This document shows positions 27,299 through 36,229 of a stretch of DNA of 64,000 bases, piece by piece (position 1 is the first letter of the stretch; each line of letters begins with the position of its first letter). This stretch comes from Flavobacteriales bacterium. Its GTDB lineage: Bacteria > Bacteroidota > Bacteroidia > Flavobacteriales_D > Crocinitomicaceae. The position numbers and the translations under genes were made by a program. The notes below the pieces were generated by a model that saw nothing but the letters and a program-made list of their open reading frames with translations, searched no databases and was not told the origin of the DNA. The stretch is taken from contig CANJSS010000002.1 in NCBI GenBank assembly GCA_947476955.1, positions 615 to 64,614 of the forward strand. The letters run 5' to 3'.

Positions 27299-27317
27299 TA
27301 CGAAAATGAATTTCGTA
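27299..27317. promoter_or_regulatory. Perfect 7-bp-arm palindrome TACGAAA-atgaa-TTTCGTA upstream of the DUF3050-like gene.
   Basis: Seen directly, 26 nt upstream of the ATG at 27343. Confidence 0.25.
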
Positions 27318-27342
27318 CAGAAAATAGAAATTTATCGAAGTT

Positions 27343-28134
27343 ATGAATGCACATATTACCCATTTAAACAAAACAATTGAGCCACTTCGCGAACAAATAA
27401 TCCACCATAAAGTCTATTCCGAAATTAAGGATATTGAAGATTTACAAATCTTTATGGAACACCATATTTTTGCAGTTTGGGATTTTATGTCTCTGCTAAA
27501 ATCACTTCAAAATAATTTGACGTGTACCTCTATTCCTTGGTTTCCAAAAGGTTCAGCGGAAACGCGTTTTTTAATCAATGAAATAGTTGTTGGAGAAGAA
27601 TCGGATGTAGATTTGGACGGCAACCGTAAAAGTCATTTTGAATTGTACCTTGAAGCAATGAAACAATGTGGTGCAAGCTCGGAAAAAATAGATATTTTCT
27701 TGGATGTTTTGCAGAAAACGAATTCCTTCGATACCGCTTTTCAAACTTCTACAACTTCTGATGGAATTAAAAACTTTGTAACAGCTACATTTGAAAGTAT
27801 AAATTCTGGAAAAGATTACCTTCAAGCAGCAGTTTTTACATTTGGAAGAGAGGATTTGATTCCAAGCATGTTTATTTCTATAGTGAACGATATTTACCAA
27901 CGAATTCCTTCCAGCATTTCTATCTTCAAATATTATCTTGAGAGACACATCGAAATTGATGGCGACCACCATAGCCATCTAGCATTGGAAATGACCAGCT
28001 CATTATGTGGCGAAGATGAACAAATTTGGCAAGAAGTTGAAAAAGTAGTTGTTCATTCGCTAGAAAATAGAATTCTTTTGTGGGATACTATTTACGAAGC
28101 AATTCAATTAAAAAATAGTTTACGCGTTGGTTAA
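27343..28134 (+). CDS. DUF3050-like protein (heme-oxygenase-like helical fold).
   Basis: 263 aa. HHIFAVWDFMSLLKSLQ and ERHIEIDGDHHSHLALEM resemble what I recall of the DUF3050 family. The assignment is from memory only. Confidence 0.55.
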   Translation: MNAHITHLNKTIEPLREQIIHHKVYSEIKDIEDLQIFMEHHIFAVWDFMSLLKSLQNNLTCTSIPWFPKGSAETRFLINEIVVGEESDVDLDGNRKSHFELYLEAMKQCGASSEKIDIFLDVLQKTNSFDTAFQTSTTSDGIKNFVTATFESINSGKDYLQAAVFTFGREDLIPSMFISIVNDIYQRIPSSISIFKYYLERHIEIDGDHHSHLALEMTSSLCGEDEQIWQEVEKVVVHSLENRILLWDTIYEAIQLKNSLRVG

Positions 28135-28149
28135 CAACTATTTAACCTA

Positions 28150-28512
28150 CTATTTAACGTAATCTTGTTTAAATACAAGCATGTATTGATCATTTTCAGT
28201 TTTTATATAACCGTGATCATAGCAATAATAGTACAGTGATCCTTTTTGAGTTTTATAAATACTGGTAAAATAATGGAAGTTAAATCCTTCCTCCGCAAGT
28301 GTAATCCCAGCCAGAGTGATTTTTCCATTTGGATTTAAAGTTTCTAAAATTCGACGATTTTTTCGAAGAATGCCATTTATGCGTCTTACATAAGCTGTGG
28401 AATCCTCATTCTGTCTGTTATTGAAGGTGTTTCGGCAATAATCGGAGCAAAACTTCTGGCCCTTTCTTCCGACTAATTCTAAGTCACATTCATTGCAAGT
28501 TCTAACTTTCAT
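28150..28512 (-). CDS. Hypothetical zinc-ribbon protein with a basic helix.
   Basis: 120 aa. N-terminal C-x2-C-x13-C-x3-C (CNECDLELVGRKGQKFCSDYC), then the basic stretch RRINGILRKNRRIL. Divergent from the MoxR operon. Confidence 0.6.
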   Translation of the reverse strand: MKVRTCNECDLELVGRKGQKFCSDYCRNTFNNRQNEDSTAYVRRINGILRKNRRILETLNPNGKITLAGITLAEEGFNFHYFTSIYKTQKGSLYYYCYDHGYIKTENDQYMLVFKQDYVK

Positions 28513-28534
28513 GTGCTGTTTTGGATAGGTTTAG

Positions 28535-28553
28535 TTGTAAACAATGTTAACAA
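28535..28553. promoter_or_regulatory. Imperfect 19-nt palindrome TTGTAAACAATGTTAACAA in the divergent spacer between the zinc-ribbon gene and moxR.
   Basis: 16 of 19 positions are self-complementary. Followed by the GCAATTGC palindrome (28563-28570) and a duplicated AACAGCAA. Confidence 0.25.
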
Positions 28554-28623
28554 TATTTAACAGCAATTGCAACTAAACAGCAAGTAAACTTTGACACCTT
28601 TGTATATTAATGAAATACAAGAT

Positions 28624-29646
28624 ATGTCAGAAAATACGGAAAATCCGATTAACCCGTCGGAGGCGCTGAGAATTCTAAGCGAAAAAATAAAATTGGAAAC
28701 TGCGATTATTCAAAAACTTAGAGAAGAAATTTCGAAGGTAATTGTCGGTCAGAAATACATGATTGATCGTTTATTAATTGCATTGCTCGCAGATGGCCAT
28801 GTTTTGCTCGAAGGAGTTCCAGGTTTAGCCAAAACGCTTGCTATCAAAACACTTTCAGAAGCAATTGATGTGCAATTCAGTAGAATTCAATTTACCCCAG
28901 ATTTATTGCCTGCCGATGTTACAGGAACATTGATATACAATCAAAAAAGTGAGCAATTCAGTGTTAAAAAAGGTCCTATTTTCGCGAATTTTATTTTGGC
29001 GGATGAAATAAATCGTGCGCCGGCAAAAGTTCAAAGTGCCCTACTAGAAGCTATGCAAGAGCGACAAATTACAATTGGAGACGAAACATTTTTTCTACCA
29101 AATCCATTCTTAGTTTTAGCAACTCAAAATCCAATCGAGCAAGAGGGAACTTATCCTTTACCTGAAGCACAAGTAGATCGCTTTATGCTGAAAGTATTTC
29201 TTGGCTACCCAACAAAAGAAGAGGAAAAACAAATCATACGCGCCAATGTGCAAACTGGCGGAATCCCAACTTGTAAGAAAGTAATTTCTTCAAAGGATAT
29301 CTTGCGTGCACGAGAATTGGTAAGAGAAGTTTATCTCGATGAAAAAGTAGAACAATATATTGTTGATCTCGTTTTCGCCACCCGAATGCCAGAAAAATAT
29401 GGATTAGTCGGATTGGAACCTTTAATTTCTCATGGTTGTTCCCCTCGAGCGAGTATCAATCTTGCTATGGCGGCGAAAGCTTTTGCATTTCTGCAAGGTC
29501 GTGCATTCGTGGTTCCTGAAGATGTGCGTTCCATTGCTTCCGATGTCATGCGCCACCGAATGGGTTTATCCTATGAAGCAGAAGCAGAAAATATATCTTC
29601 TGCAGAAATTATAAGTCGCATCATTGCAAAAGTTGAAGTGCCTTGA
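28624..29646 (+). CDS. moxR: MoxR-family AAA+ ATPase.
   Basis: Walker A LLEGVPGLAKT, Walker B FILADEINRA, sensor LVLATQNP. ATG at 28624 preferred over the TTG at 28591. Confidence 0.92.
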   Translation: MSENTENPINPSEALRILSEKIKLETAIIQKLREEISKVIVGQKYMIDRLLIALLADGHVLLEGVPGLAKTLAIKTLSEAIDVQFSRIQFTPDLLPADVTGTLIYNQKSEQFSVKKGPIFANFILADEINRAPAKVQSALLEAMQERQITIGDETFFLPNPFLVLATQNPIEQEGTYPLPEAQVDRFMLKVFLGYPTKEEEKQIIRANVQTGGIPTCKKVISSKDILRARELVREVYLDEKVEQYIVDLVFATRMPEKYGLVGLEPLISHGCSPRASINLAMAAKAFAFLQGRAFVVPEDVRSIASDVMRHRMGLSYEAEAENISSAEIISRIIAKVEVP

Positions 29647-29676
29647 TTACAGTAAAACATTAATCCCATTCCAATT

Positions 29677-30543
29677 TTGGAAACGAAAGATCTTATTCAG
29701 AAAATTCACCGTTTGGAAATCAAGACAAAAGGCTTGACCAGACAAATTTTCTCCGGTGAATACCATTCGGCATTTAAAGGAAGAGGTATGGCTTTTAGTG
29801 AAGTACGCGATTACCATTTTGGGGATGAAGTACGCACAATTGACTGGAATGTAACAGCAAGATACAACGCACCTTATGTTAAGGTATTTGAGGAAGAACG
29901 AGAACTGACGGTTTTGTTAGTGATCGATATTTCAGGCTCGGAAGAATTTGGAACAACAGAGAAAACAAAAAAGGAACTTGCGTTGGAAATCGCTGCAGTT
30001 TTAGCATTTTCAGCGGTTGCCAATAACGATAAGGTTGGTGCACTATTTATTTCCGATAAAATGGAACGTTATATCGCTCCTGAAAAAGGGAAAAAGCACG
30101 TTTTGTTTATTTTAAGGGAATTGATAGAATTTAAACCTAAAAGTAAATTGACCAACCTTAATGAAGGATTAAGATTTCTGCGTAATACGCAAAAAAAGAG
30201 AACAATCTCCTTTGTTATAAGTGATTTCATAGATTCCAATAATTTCATGGAAGGAATGCGCTTGACGAAAAAACGACACGATACTATCGCAATTAAAATT
30301 TCTGATAACGCAGAAAAGATACTGCCAGATATTGGATTAGTTCAGTTTTTTAATGCAGAAACGGGTGAAACAACTTGGGTCAATTCTAGTGCTAGCTGGG
30401 TACGTGAAACATTCAAAGCAAATTTTATAGAAGAAGATTCCAACACACTGTTTTCCTTTAAAAAAGCAGGCATTGATTGTGTTTCCTGCTCGACAGATCA
30501 GGATATTGTGAAAGCACTAGTAAAACTATTTCACCAAAGATAA
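29677..30543 (+). CDS. DUF58 domain protein (VWA-like partner of MoxR).
   Basis: GEYHSAFKGRGMAFSEVRDYHFGDEVRTIDWNVTAR and LLVIDISGS are typical of DUF58. TTG start. Confidence 0.88.
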   Translation: METKDLIQKIHRLEIKTKGLTRQIFSGEYHSAFKGRGMAFSEVRDYHFGDEVRTIDWNVTARYNAPYVKVFEEERELTVLLVIDISGSEEFGTTEKTKKELALEIAAVLAFSAVANNDKVGALFISDKMERYIAPEKGKKHVLFILRELIEFKPKSKLTNLNEGLRFLRNTQKKRTISFVISDFIDSNNFMEGMRLTKKRHDTIAIKISDNAEKILPDIGLVQFFNAETGETTWVNSSASWVRETFKANFIEEDSNTLFSFKKAGIDCVSCSTDQDIVKALVKLFHQR

Positions 30544-31505
30544 TGCAGAAGTATATTCTTCCCTTGGCTTTTATCTTCGCTGCATTCGGAATGCAAGCGC
30601 AAATTACAAGAGCTTCTATTTCGCAAAATTCAATTCTCATTGGAGAAAAGACAACAATAACCTATTCCATTCCATTAAATGGAAATAAAAAACCGCTTTT
30701 TAAACCTGAAAAAGGTGTTATGCCAAGCCGAATAATTTCAAAAAATGGAATTGTAAGCGCTGAGAATAGCGAACAGCTAGAAATTCTCAGTCCATTTAAA
30801 GATACAATTATAAATGCAGAAAATTCACGCTGGTGGATTGGTGTTTATGAAATTACAGCTTGGGATTCTGGCTTTTATAACATCGAAGGACCTCCCATTA
30901 AACTGTCAAATGCTACTTTCCATTTTCCTGTGATTGAACTGCGCGCAGATTTAGTGAAAGCAAAAAAAGGGCAAGCGATTTACGATATAAAAGAATCCTT
31001 TGCTGAAATCCCCACAGAACCTTTTTCGATTAAAAAATTCACAAAAAATAATTGGTGGTGGATGCTAATTCTAATTGCTTTGGGAATTGGTACTTTCTAT
31101 TATTTTCGAAAAAAAACCAATCAACAGTCAAGAAAGCCTGCTATGGAATTGACATTAACAGAACTAACATTGCAAGCAATCGAAACGCTAGAGAAATCGC
31201 GCTTGTGGGAAAAACAAAAAACAAAAGAACACTTTATAGAACTTTCGTTGCTAATACGATCCTATTTGTCAGAACGTTTTACAATCAATTTATTGGAAAA
31301 AACAACCTACGAAACAAAGCTTTTACTCCAGCAAAAGAGATTAGATGACAAAACTATTGAAACTATTATTTTGCTTTTGACAGAATCGGATATGGTGAAG
31401 TTTGCAAAATCACAACCGGAAGAAATTGCAATTTTAAAAATTGATCAACACGCACGAGATATTGTTTTGGCAACACGTAAATTGGAGATAGAAAATGTTG
31501 AATAA
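30543..31505 (+). CDS. Bat-operon membrane protein: signal peptide, BatD-like ectodomain, one TM, helical DUF4381-like tail.
   Basis: Start set to the ATG at 30543 (TAATG overlap with the DUF58 stop). MQKYILPLAFIFAAFGMQAQ signal. TM WWWMLILIALGIGTFYYF followed by RKK. Tail contains DMVKFAKSQP. Confidence 0.7.
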   Translation: MQKYILPLAFIFAAFGMQAQITRASISQNSILIGEKTTITYSIPLNGNKKPLFKPEKGVMPSRIISKNGIVSAENSEQLEILSPFKDTIINAENSRWWIGVYEITAWDSGFYNIEGPPIKLSNATFHFPVIELRADLVKAKKGQAIYDIKESFAEIPTEPFSIKKFTKNNWWWMLILIALGIGTFYYFRKKTNQQSRKPAMELTLTELTLQAIETLEKSRLWEKQKTKEHFIELSLLIRSYLSERFTINLLEKTTYETKLLLQQKRLDDKTIETIILLLTESDMVKFAKSQPEEIAILKIDQHARDIVLATRKLEIENVE

Positions 31506-32526
31506 CTGGAACATACAATTTTGGGAATACGATTTTCAGTCTGCCAAATGGTTGTGGCTACTTCTGCTTATTCCTATAATTTGGTTGCTTTTATTTCGCG
31601 CTGAAAAAAGGAAAATTGGCGAATTAAAATTTTCAGGAAGTTCTATTTCACAAAAAACCTTAAAATCGAATTGGATATTCAACGTTCGAATTGCGCTAAT
31701 TACATGTAATACAATCATTTTTGGCTTGTTTGTATTGGCGTTGGCAAAACCTTATCATTGGAACAGTCCTGAGGCAATAGAACAAAAATACAAGAATGGG
31801 ATTGACATAATTTTAGCAATGGATGTTTCTGTTTCCATGCTTGCTATGGACTTTGAGCCAAATCGACTCGAGGCTTCAAAGCGCGTCGCAATGGAATTTA
31901 TCGCAGGAAGAAAAGGAGATCGAATTGGTTTGGTCGCATATGCAGGTGAAGCTTATACAGCTTGTCCCGCAACCTTGGATTATTCAATTTTGCGAAAGCA
32001 AATCGAAGAAATTGGACCACAAAATATTGAAGGTGGCACAGCCATTGGAACTGGTTTAGGAACAGCGGTAACGCGATTACGAAACGATAGTTTACCCTCA
32101 AAAGTTATCATTTTACTTACCGATGGAAGCAATAATTCGGGAGACATTGATCCAATTACCGCTGCAGAACTTGCACGAGCAAAAAACATTCGCGTATACA
32201 CGATTGGAGTTGGTAGTAATGGAGAAGCACCAACCCCTGTAATTACACCTTTTGGTGTGCGTTATGAAAATATGCCTGTTGAAATCGACGAAATTACCTT
32301 AATGAAAATAGCGGAAATTGCAAACGGCAAGTATTTTCGTGCAACAGATGAAAAAAACTTGAAAGCAATCTACCGTGAAATTGAAAAACTGGAAAAAAGG
32401 AGAATCTTGGATCAACACTATAAATTAGAGCCACCTGCAACACCAATGGCTTTTTTAAATCTGGCGCTTGTTTTACTGTTTCTGAGCTGGACAAGTAACC
32501 GTTATTTTTTTAAGAAAGATGTTTAA
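31495..32526 (+). CDS. batA: VWA-domain membrane protein BatA.
   Basis: N-terminal TM helices, MIDAS DIILAMDVSVSM, IILLTDGSNN, C-terminal TM. Overlaps the preceding gene by 11 nt. Confidence 0.88.
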   Translation: MLNNWNIQFWEYDFQSAKWLWLLLLIPIIWLLLFRAEKRKIGELKFSGSSISQKTLKSNWIFNVRIALITCNTIIFGLFVLALAKPYHWNSPEAIEQKYKNGIDIILAMDVSVSMLAMDFEPNRLEASKRVAMEFIAGRKGDRIGLVAYAGEAYTACPATLDYSILRKQIEEIGPQNIEGGTAIGTGLGTAVTRLRNDSLPSKVIILLTDGSNNSGDIDPITAAELARAKNIRVYTIGVGSNGEAPTPVITPFGVRYENMPVEIDEITLMKIAEIANGKYFRATDEKNLKAIYREIEKLEKRRILDQHYKLEPPATPMAFLNLALVLLFLSWTSNRYFFKKDV

Positions 32527-33673
32527 TTCGAAGTTTACATATCCTTTAAAAAAAATGGCGATACGTATTGTCATTTGGGAGCTTATTTTTTGGTTTTTTA
32601 TTGGGACAATTGGTTGGATATCTGGTATAACCGATATTACTGCTACAAAACAAAATTTATTTTTTTTACATCCTGAAGTATTTTGGCTTTTATTATTGTT
32701 TTTTCCAATTGTTGGATTGTATATGTATAACTTAAACAACACCAATAAATTAGGAAATGCCACTAATCCAACAATTCGGAAATTCAATCTAAAACCGATT
32801 TCCTCCCGAAAAAGTTTTTTAAACTATTTCTTTTTTAGAAATGCCTTTGTCTTTTTACTATTTGCGATGGCGCAACCTGTTTTCGGAACAAAGAAAGTTT
32901 CTGCAACCTTGGATAGCTTAGAACTGGTAGTTTGCCTGGATATTTCTAATTCTATGAATACAAAGGATATTTCCAAGGATTTAACGCGCCTTCAAGTTGC
33001 CAAACGCGCCTTAGCAGAATTGGTAAATAATCTGAAAGGCGAAAAACTTGGAATTGCTGTATTTGCTGGAGGTGCTTTTGTGCAACTGCCTTTAACCACA
33101 GATTATGCTTCCGCTAAATTATTTATTTCGGAAATTGAAACGGATATGATTTCCAACCAAGGGACGAATATCTCTGCAGCTTTGGTTACATCGATGGAAA
33201 TGTTCTCAACCGATAAATCAACCAAGGGCATAATCTTAGTAACTGATGGAGAAAACCATGAGGAAAACCCTTCGGAAATACTTGAAAAACTGAAAACTGA
33301 AAAGATACAATTAAGCGTTTTAGGAATTGGCAGTGAGCAAGGTGGACCCGTTCCTATGCATCCGGAAAGACCAGAATTAGGTTTAAAAAAAATGGCAAAC
33401 GGACAAATCATTGTTTCTCGAGTTAATAGAACCTTTTTGGAGGAAATCGCAAAAAAAGGTGGCGGTTTTGCGAGTGTAAGTTCAGATGCTTTTCCAAATT
33501 TATCTGCTTTGTTAACACAAATTAACCAAATGAAGCGAACCAAAGTGAAAGAATTCGAGTTTGAGATAGAGGAGAATCATTATCAAATTCCGTTATTTGC
33601 AGCTATGGTATTTTGGTGCTTATTTCTCTTAGGGTCAAAAAACATATTCACACTTAAAAAGAGTGAGATTTAA
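32519..33673 (+). CDS. batB: VWA-domain membrane protein BatB.
   Basis: Multi-TM N-terminus, MIDAS LVVCLDISNSM, IILVTDGENH, C-terminal TM. 8-nt overlap with batA. Confidence 0.85.
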   Translation: MFNSKFTYPLKKMAIRIVIWELIFWFFIGTIGWISGITDITATKQNLFFLHPEVFWLLLLFFPIVGLYMYNLNNTNKLGNATNPTIRKFNLKPISSRKSFLNYFFFRNAFVFLLFAMAQPVFGTKKVSATLDSLELVVCLDISNSMNTKDISKDLTRLQVAKRALAELVNNLKGEKLGIAVFAGGAFVQLPLTTDYASAKLFISEIETDMISNQGTNISAALVTSMEMFSTDKSTKGIILVTDGENHEENPSEILEKLKTEKIQLSVLGIGSEQGGPVPMHPERPELGLKKMANGQIIVSRVNRTFLEEIAKKGGGFASVSSDAFPNLSALLTQINQMKRTKVKEFEFEIEENHYQIPLFAAMVFWCLFLLGSKNIFTLKKSEI

Positions 33674-34363
33674 ATGAAAAATATATTCTACATATTAGTT
33701 TTAATTTGTGCGTTTAGTGCCAATGCGCAAGAATGGCAAAATTCTGTGAAGTCGGCAAGAGCAGCATATAAAAGGAATGATTTTGTAAATGCTCTGAAAT
33801 ACTACCAATCTGCTCAAAATAAAGCGCCGCAAAATATGGATCTATCTGATGAAATCGCGCAATCTGCATACAAAGCGGGGGAATATGAAAAAGCTGAAAA
33901 AATATACCAGCAAAGTGCAAATTCTAAAAAATCTGCACTAACCAAGGCAAATACTTTCCATAATATGGGTAATTCACGCATGCAAAAGAAAGATTATTCG
34001 GGAGCTGTGGAATCTTATAAAGAAGCACTTAGAAATAATTCAGCAGACGAACAAACACGCTACAACCTTTCCGAAGCAATTCGTAAATTAAAAAAACAAA
34101 ATCAAGAATTAAAAGATAAGAAATCTCCACAAATGGATCCTCCAAAGAATGCAGATAATGAGAAAAAAAATAAACAACAGGAAAAGAATAATCCCACAAA
34201 TTCTCAAAAAAAACAAGAAAAAAACGAAAATTCAAGCCGACTACCGAATAAATCTGTAGAACGTTTGCTGGATCAATTGACAAAAGCGGAGGCAGAAACA
34301 AAACGCAAAATGGGAGGAAGCAAAGCAGAAAGTAGCACATTAACTTCGGGAAAAGATTGGTAA
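33674..34363 (+). CDS. batC: Secreted TPR protein BatC with a K/E/N/Q-rich tail.
   Basis: Signal peptide. TPR-like ALKYYQSA, AEKIYQQSA and AVESYKEALR. Low-complexity KKQNQELKDKK...KKNKQQEKNN tail. Abuts the batB stop. Confidence 0.8.
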   Translation: MKNIFYILVLICAFSANAQEWQNSVKSARAAYKRNDFVNALKYYQSAQNKAPQNMDLSDEIAQSAYKAGEYEKAEKIYQQSANSKKSALTKANTFHNMGNSRMQKKDYSGAVESYKEALRNNSADEQTRYNLSEAIRKLKKQNQELKDKKSPQMDPPKNADNEKKNKQQEKNNPTNSQKKQEKNENSSRLPNKSVERLLDQLTKAEAETKRKMGGSKAESSTLTSGKDW

Positions 34364-36090
34364 TGAAGGCATTCATTTTACATAGTTTCTTTTGTTTTGT
34401 AGCTGTTTGTGCAACAGCTCAGAAACCAATTGTTTTTTTGGAAATTGATCCGAAAGAAGCAGAAATTGGTGAGGTTATTACAATCACAGTAAAATCAAAT
34501 GTACAAGGAGAAATAGATATCGATTTCCCAAGTGCTTTCGTTCATGGATTCAATGTTATGAATGGGATGGAACAAGAAATAGATTACACTACTGGCAAAG
34601 TAATCTCCTATTATTACCTTTCGCAAACTGGAACCCTGCAAAAATCAGGAACGTTTAAGATGGGGCCTGCATATGTTAAAAAAGGAAATAAAGTTTACCG
34701 GTCTAATGCAGTCAGTATAACGATTTCTAAAGAAAATGAACCCATAAATTCGGGAATTGAACTTACTTCAAAGCAACTTAAGCTTCCCGCTTTTGGAATA
34801 ATAGAAAAATCAAAATCAGTGATCTATGAAGGAGAATCTGTAGTGTTGAACGCAAAAGTTTATGCGCAGTTTGATGCTTCACATCTAGAAAATTACGAGG
34901 GATATTACTTAGATGGTGCAATAGATAAACACAGTATTGGAAATACTACACAGATAGTTGTTGAAGAAGAAAAAATCAAACGAAAAAGTTACTTTTCATT
35001 CGTATACGACAAAAAAGTCGTTTTCCCGAATGGAATTGGAATGCTAAGCATTAATCCATTTAAACTAACCTTACGGCGCGGCTTTGAAAGTTTCCCGTTA
35101 ATTTCAAGCACCGAAACAATTGAGGTGAAGCCATTGCCGAAAAACGCACCGAAAAACTTCATTGGTGGTGTTGGTCAATTCACTATCACACGAAATTTGA
35201 GTTCCAAACCAACCAAACAAGGGGATGTTTTTACACTAATCCTAGAAATTGAAGGTTTCGGAAATATACAGAATATCCTCGAGCCAAAGTTAAATTTACC
35301 GAAAGGTTTTATTCTTTATGGTGATCCGATTGTGGAAGAAGATTTCGTGTATGGAAGTCGCGGCGCAGAAGGAAAAATAAGTTACGAATACAATATTCAG
35401 GTCACAAGACATGGCGAACTTACTTTTCCAGAAACTACAATCGCATATTTTGATCCAACTAAAGAAAAATACATTCAAATTTCATCTGAAAAAAATGCTT
35501 TCATAATTTCTAAAAATGGGAAATTCTCAGGGATAGTAAACGATTCTACTCTCCCTTCTAACAAGGAGAAAAAATTGGTTTCTTCATCAATTCCCATGGG
35601 TACAAGTAGCCAATCAAAATCGACTGATTTTCTGCAATCAACATTATTTTGGTTTAGTATTACTAGCCCAATTTTACTTTTGTTTTTTCTAGGATTATTT
35701 TGGAAAAAGAAATCACAAAATAATGCTGCCTCCGAATTGAAAAATACGCAAAAAAACACGCAAAAAGAAATACACCAAGTTTTTAAAGAAGCTGAAAATG
35801 CTTTGCTTCAAAAAAATTGGAACAACTACTATTCTCTAATTGAAAAAGGACTACTTATAGCAGTTGTTTTATTTCTAGATACTAATGAATTTTCACTGTT
35901 AAACAAGAATGAAATTCTAGCAAAATTGCAGGAAAACAAATTGGAACCTGAAAAAATTGAAACAATTGAATCACTTTTCAATCGCTGTGAAGAGGCTAGA
36001 TATGGAATGGGTTCCAATGCGCTAGCTCCCGAAAAAATTCTTGCTTCAGCAAAAGAAATAGTGAGCGCAATCTTAAATGATAGTTTCTAG
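34363..36090 (+). CDS. batD: BatD (oxygen-tolerance family) membrane protein.
   Basis: ATG at 34363 (TAATG overlap with the batC stop). Signal MKAFILHSFFCFVAVCATAQ. Large beta-rich ectodomain. TM LFWFSITSPILLLFFLGLFW followed by KKK. Helical tail. Confidence 0.82.
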   Translation: MKAFILHSFFCFVAVCATAQKPIVFLEIDPKEAEIGEVITITVKSNVQGEIDIDFPSAFVHGFNVMNGMEQEIDYTTGKVISYYYLSQTGTLQKSGTFKMGPAYVKKGNKVYRSNAVSITISKENEPINSGIELTSKQLKLPAFGIIEKSKSVIYEGESVVLNAKVYAQFDASHLENYEGYYLDGAIDKHSIGNTTQIVVEEEKIKRKSYFSFVYDKKVVFPNGIGMLSINPFKLTLRRGFESFPLISSTETIEVKPLPKNAPKNFIGGVGQFTITRNLSSKPTKQGDVFTLILEIEGFGNIQNILEPKLNLPKGFILYGDPIVEEDFVYGSRGAEGKISYEYNIQVTRHGELTFPETTIAYFDPTKEKYIQISSEKNAFIISKNGKFSGIVNDSTLPSNKEKKLVSSSIPMGTSSQSKSTDFLQSTLFWFSITSPILLLFFLGLFWKKKSQNNAASELKNTQKNTQKEIHQVFKEAENALLQKNWNNYYSLIEKGLLIAVVLFLDTNEFSLLNKNEILAKLQENKLEPEKIETIESLFNRCEEARYGMGSNALAPEKILASAKEIVSAILNDSF

Positions 36091-36229
36091 CATAATACCA
36101 ACGAATTTGATTAAACACAGGGAATTGTGGATCTATTTTTAAGCGAAATTTATAAAGTAAGAATCTACATGTATAGTTTCACCTGAACAAACTTCTCGCT
36201 TCGCATAATTCCTTATCTTTACAGCGCAA

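Noticed and set aside
28591-28623. TTG-initiated 11-codon extension of moxR. Similar extensions exist for the Bat gene 3 (30477-30542), batD (34357-34362), gcvH, tonB, pdxJ, the CBS gene and the OMP gene.
   Set aside because: In each case an internal ATG gives an N-terminus matching family expectations or a clean signal peptide. It also often creates a TAATG or ATGA coupling with the upstream stop.
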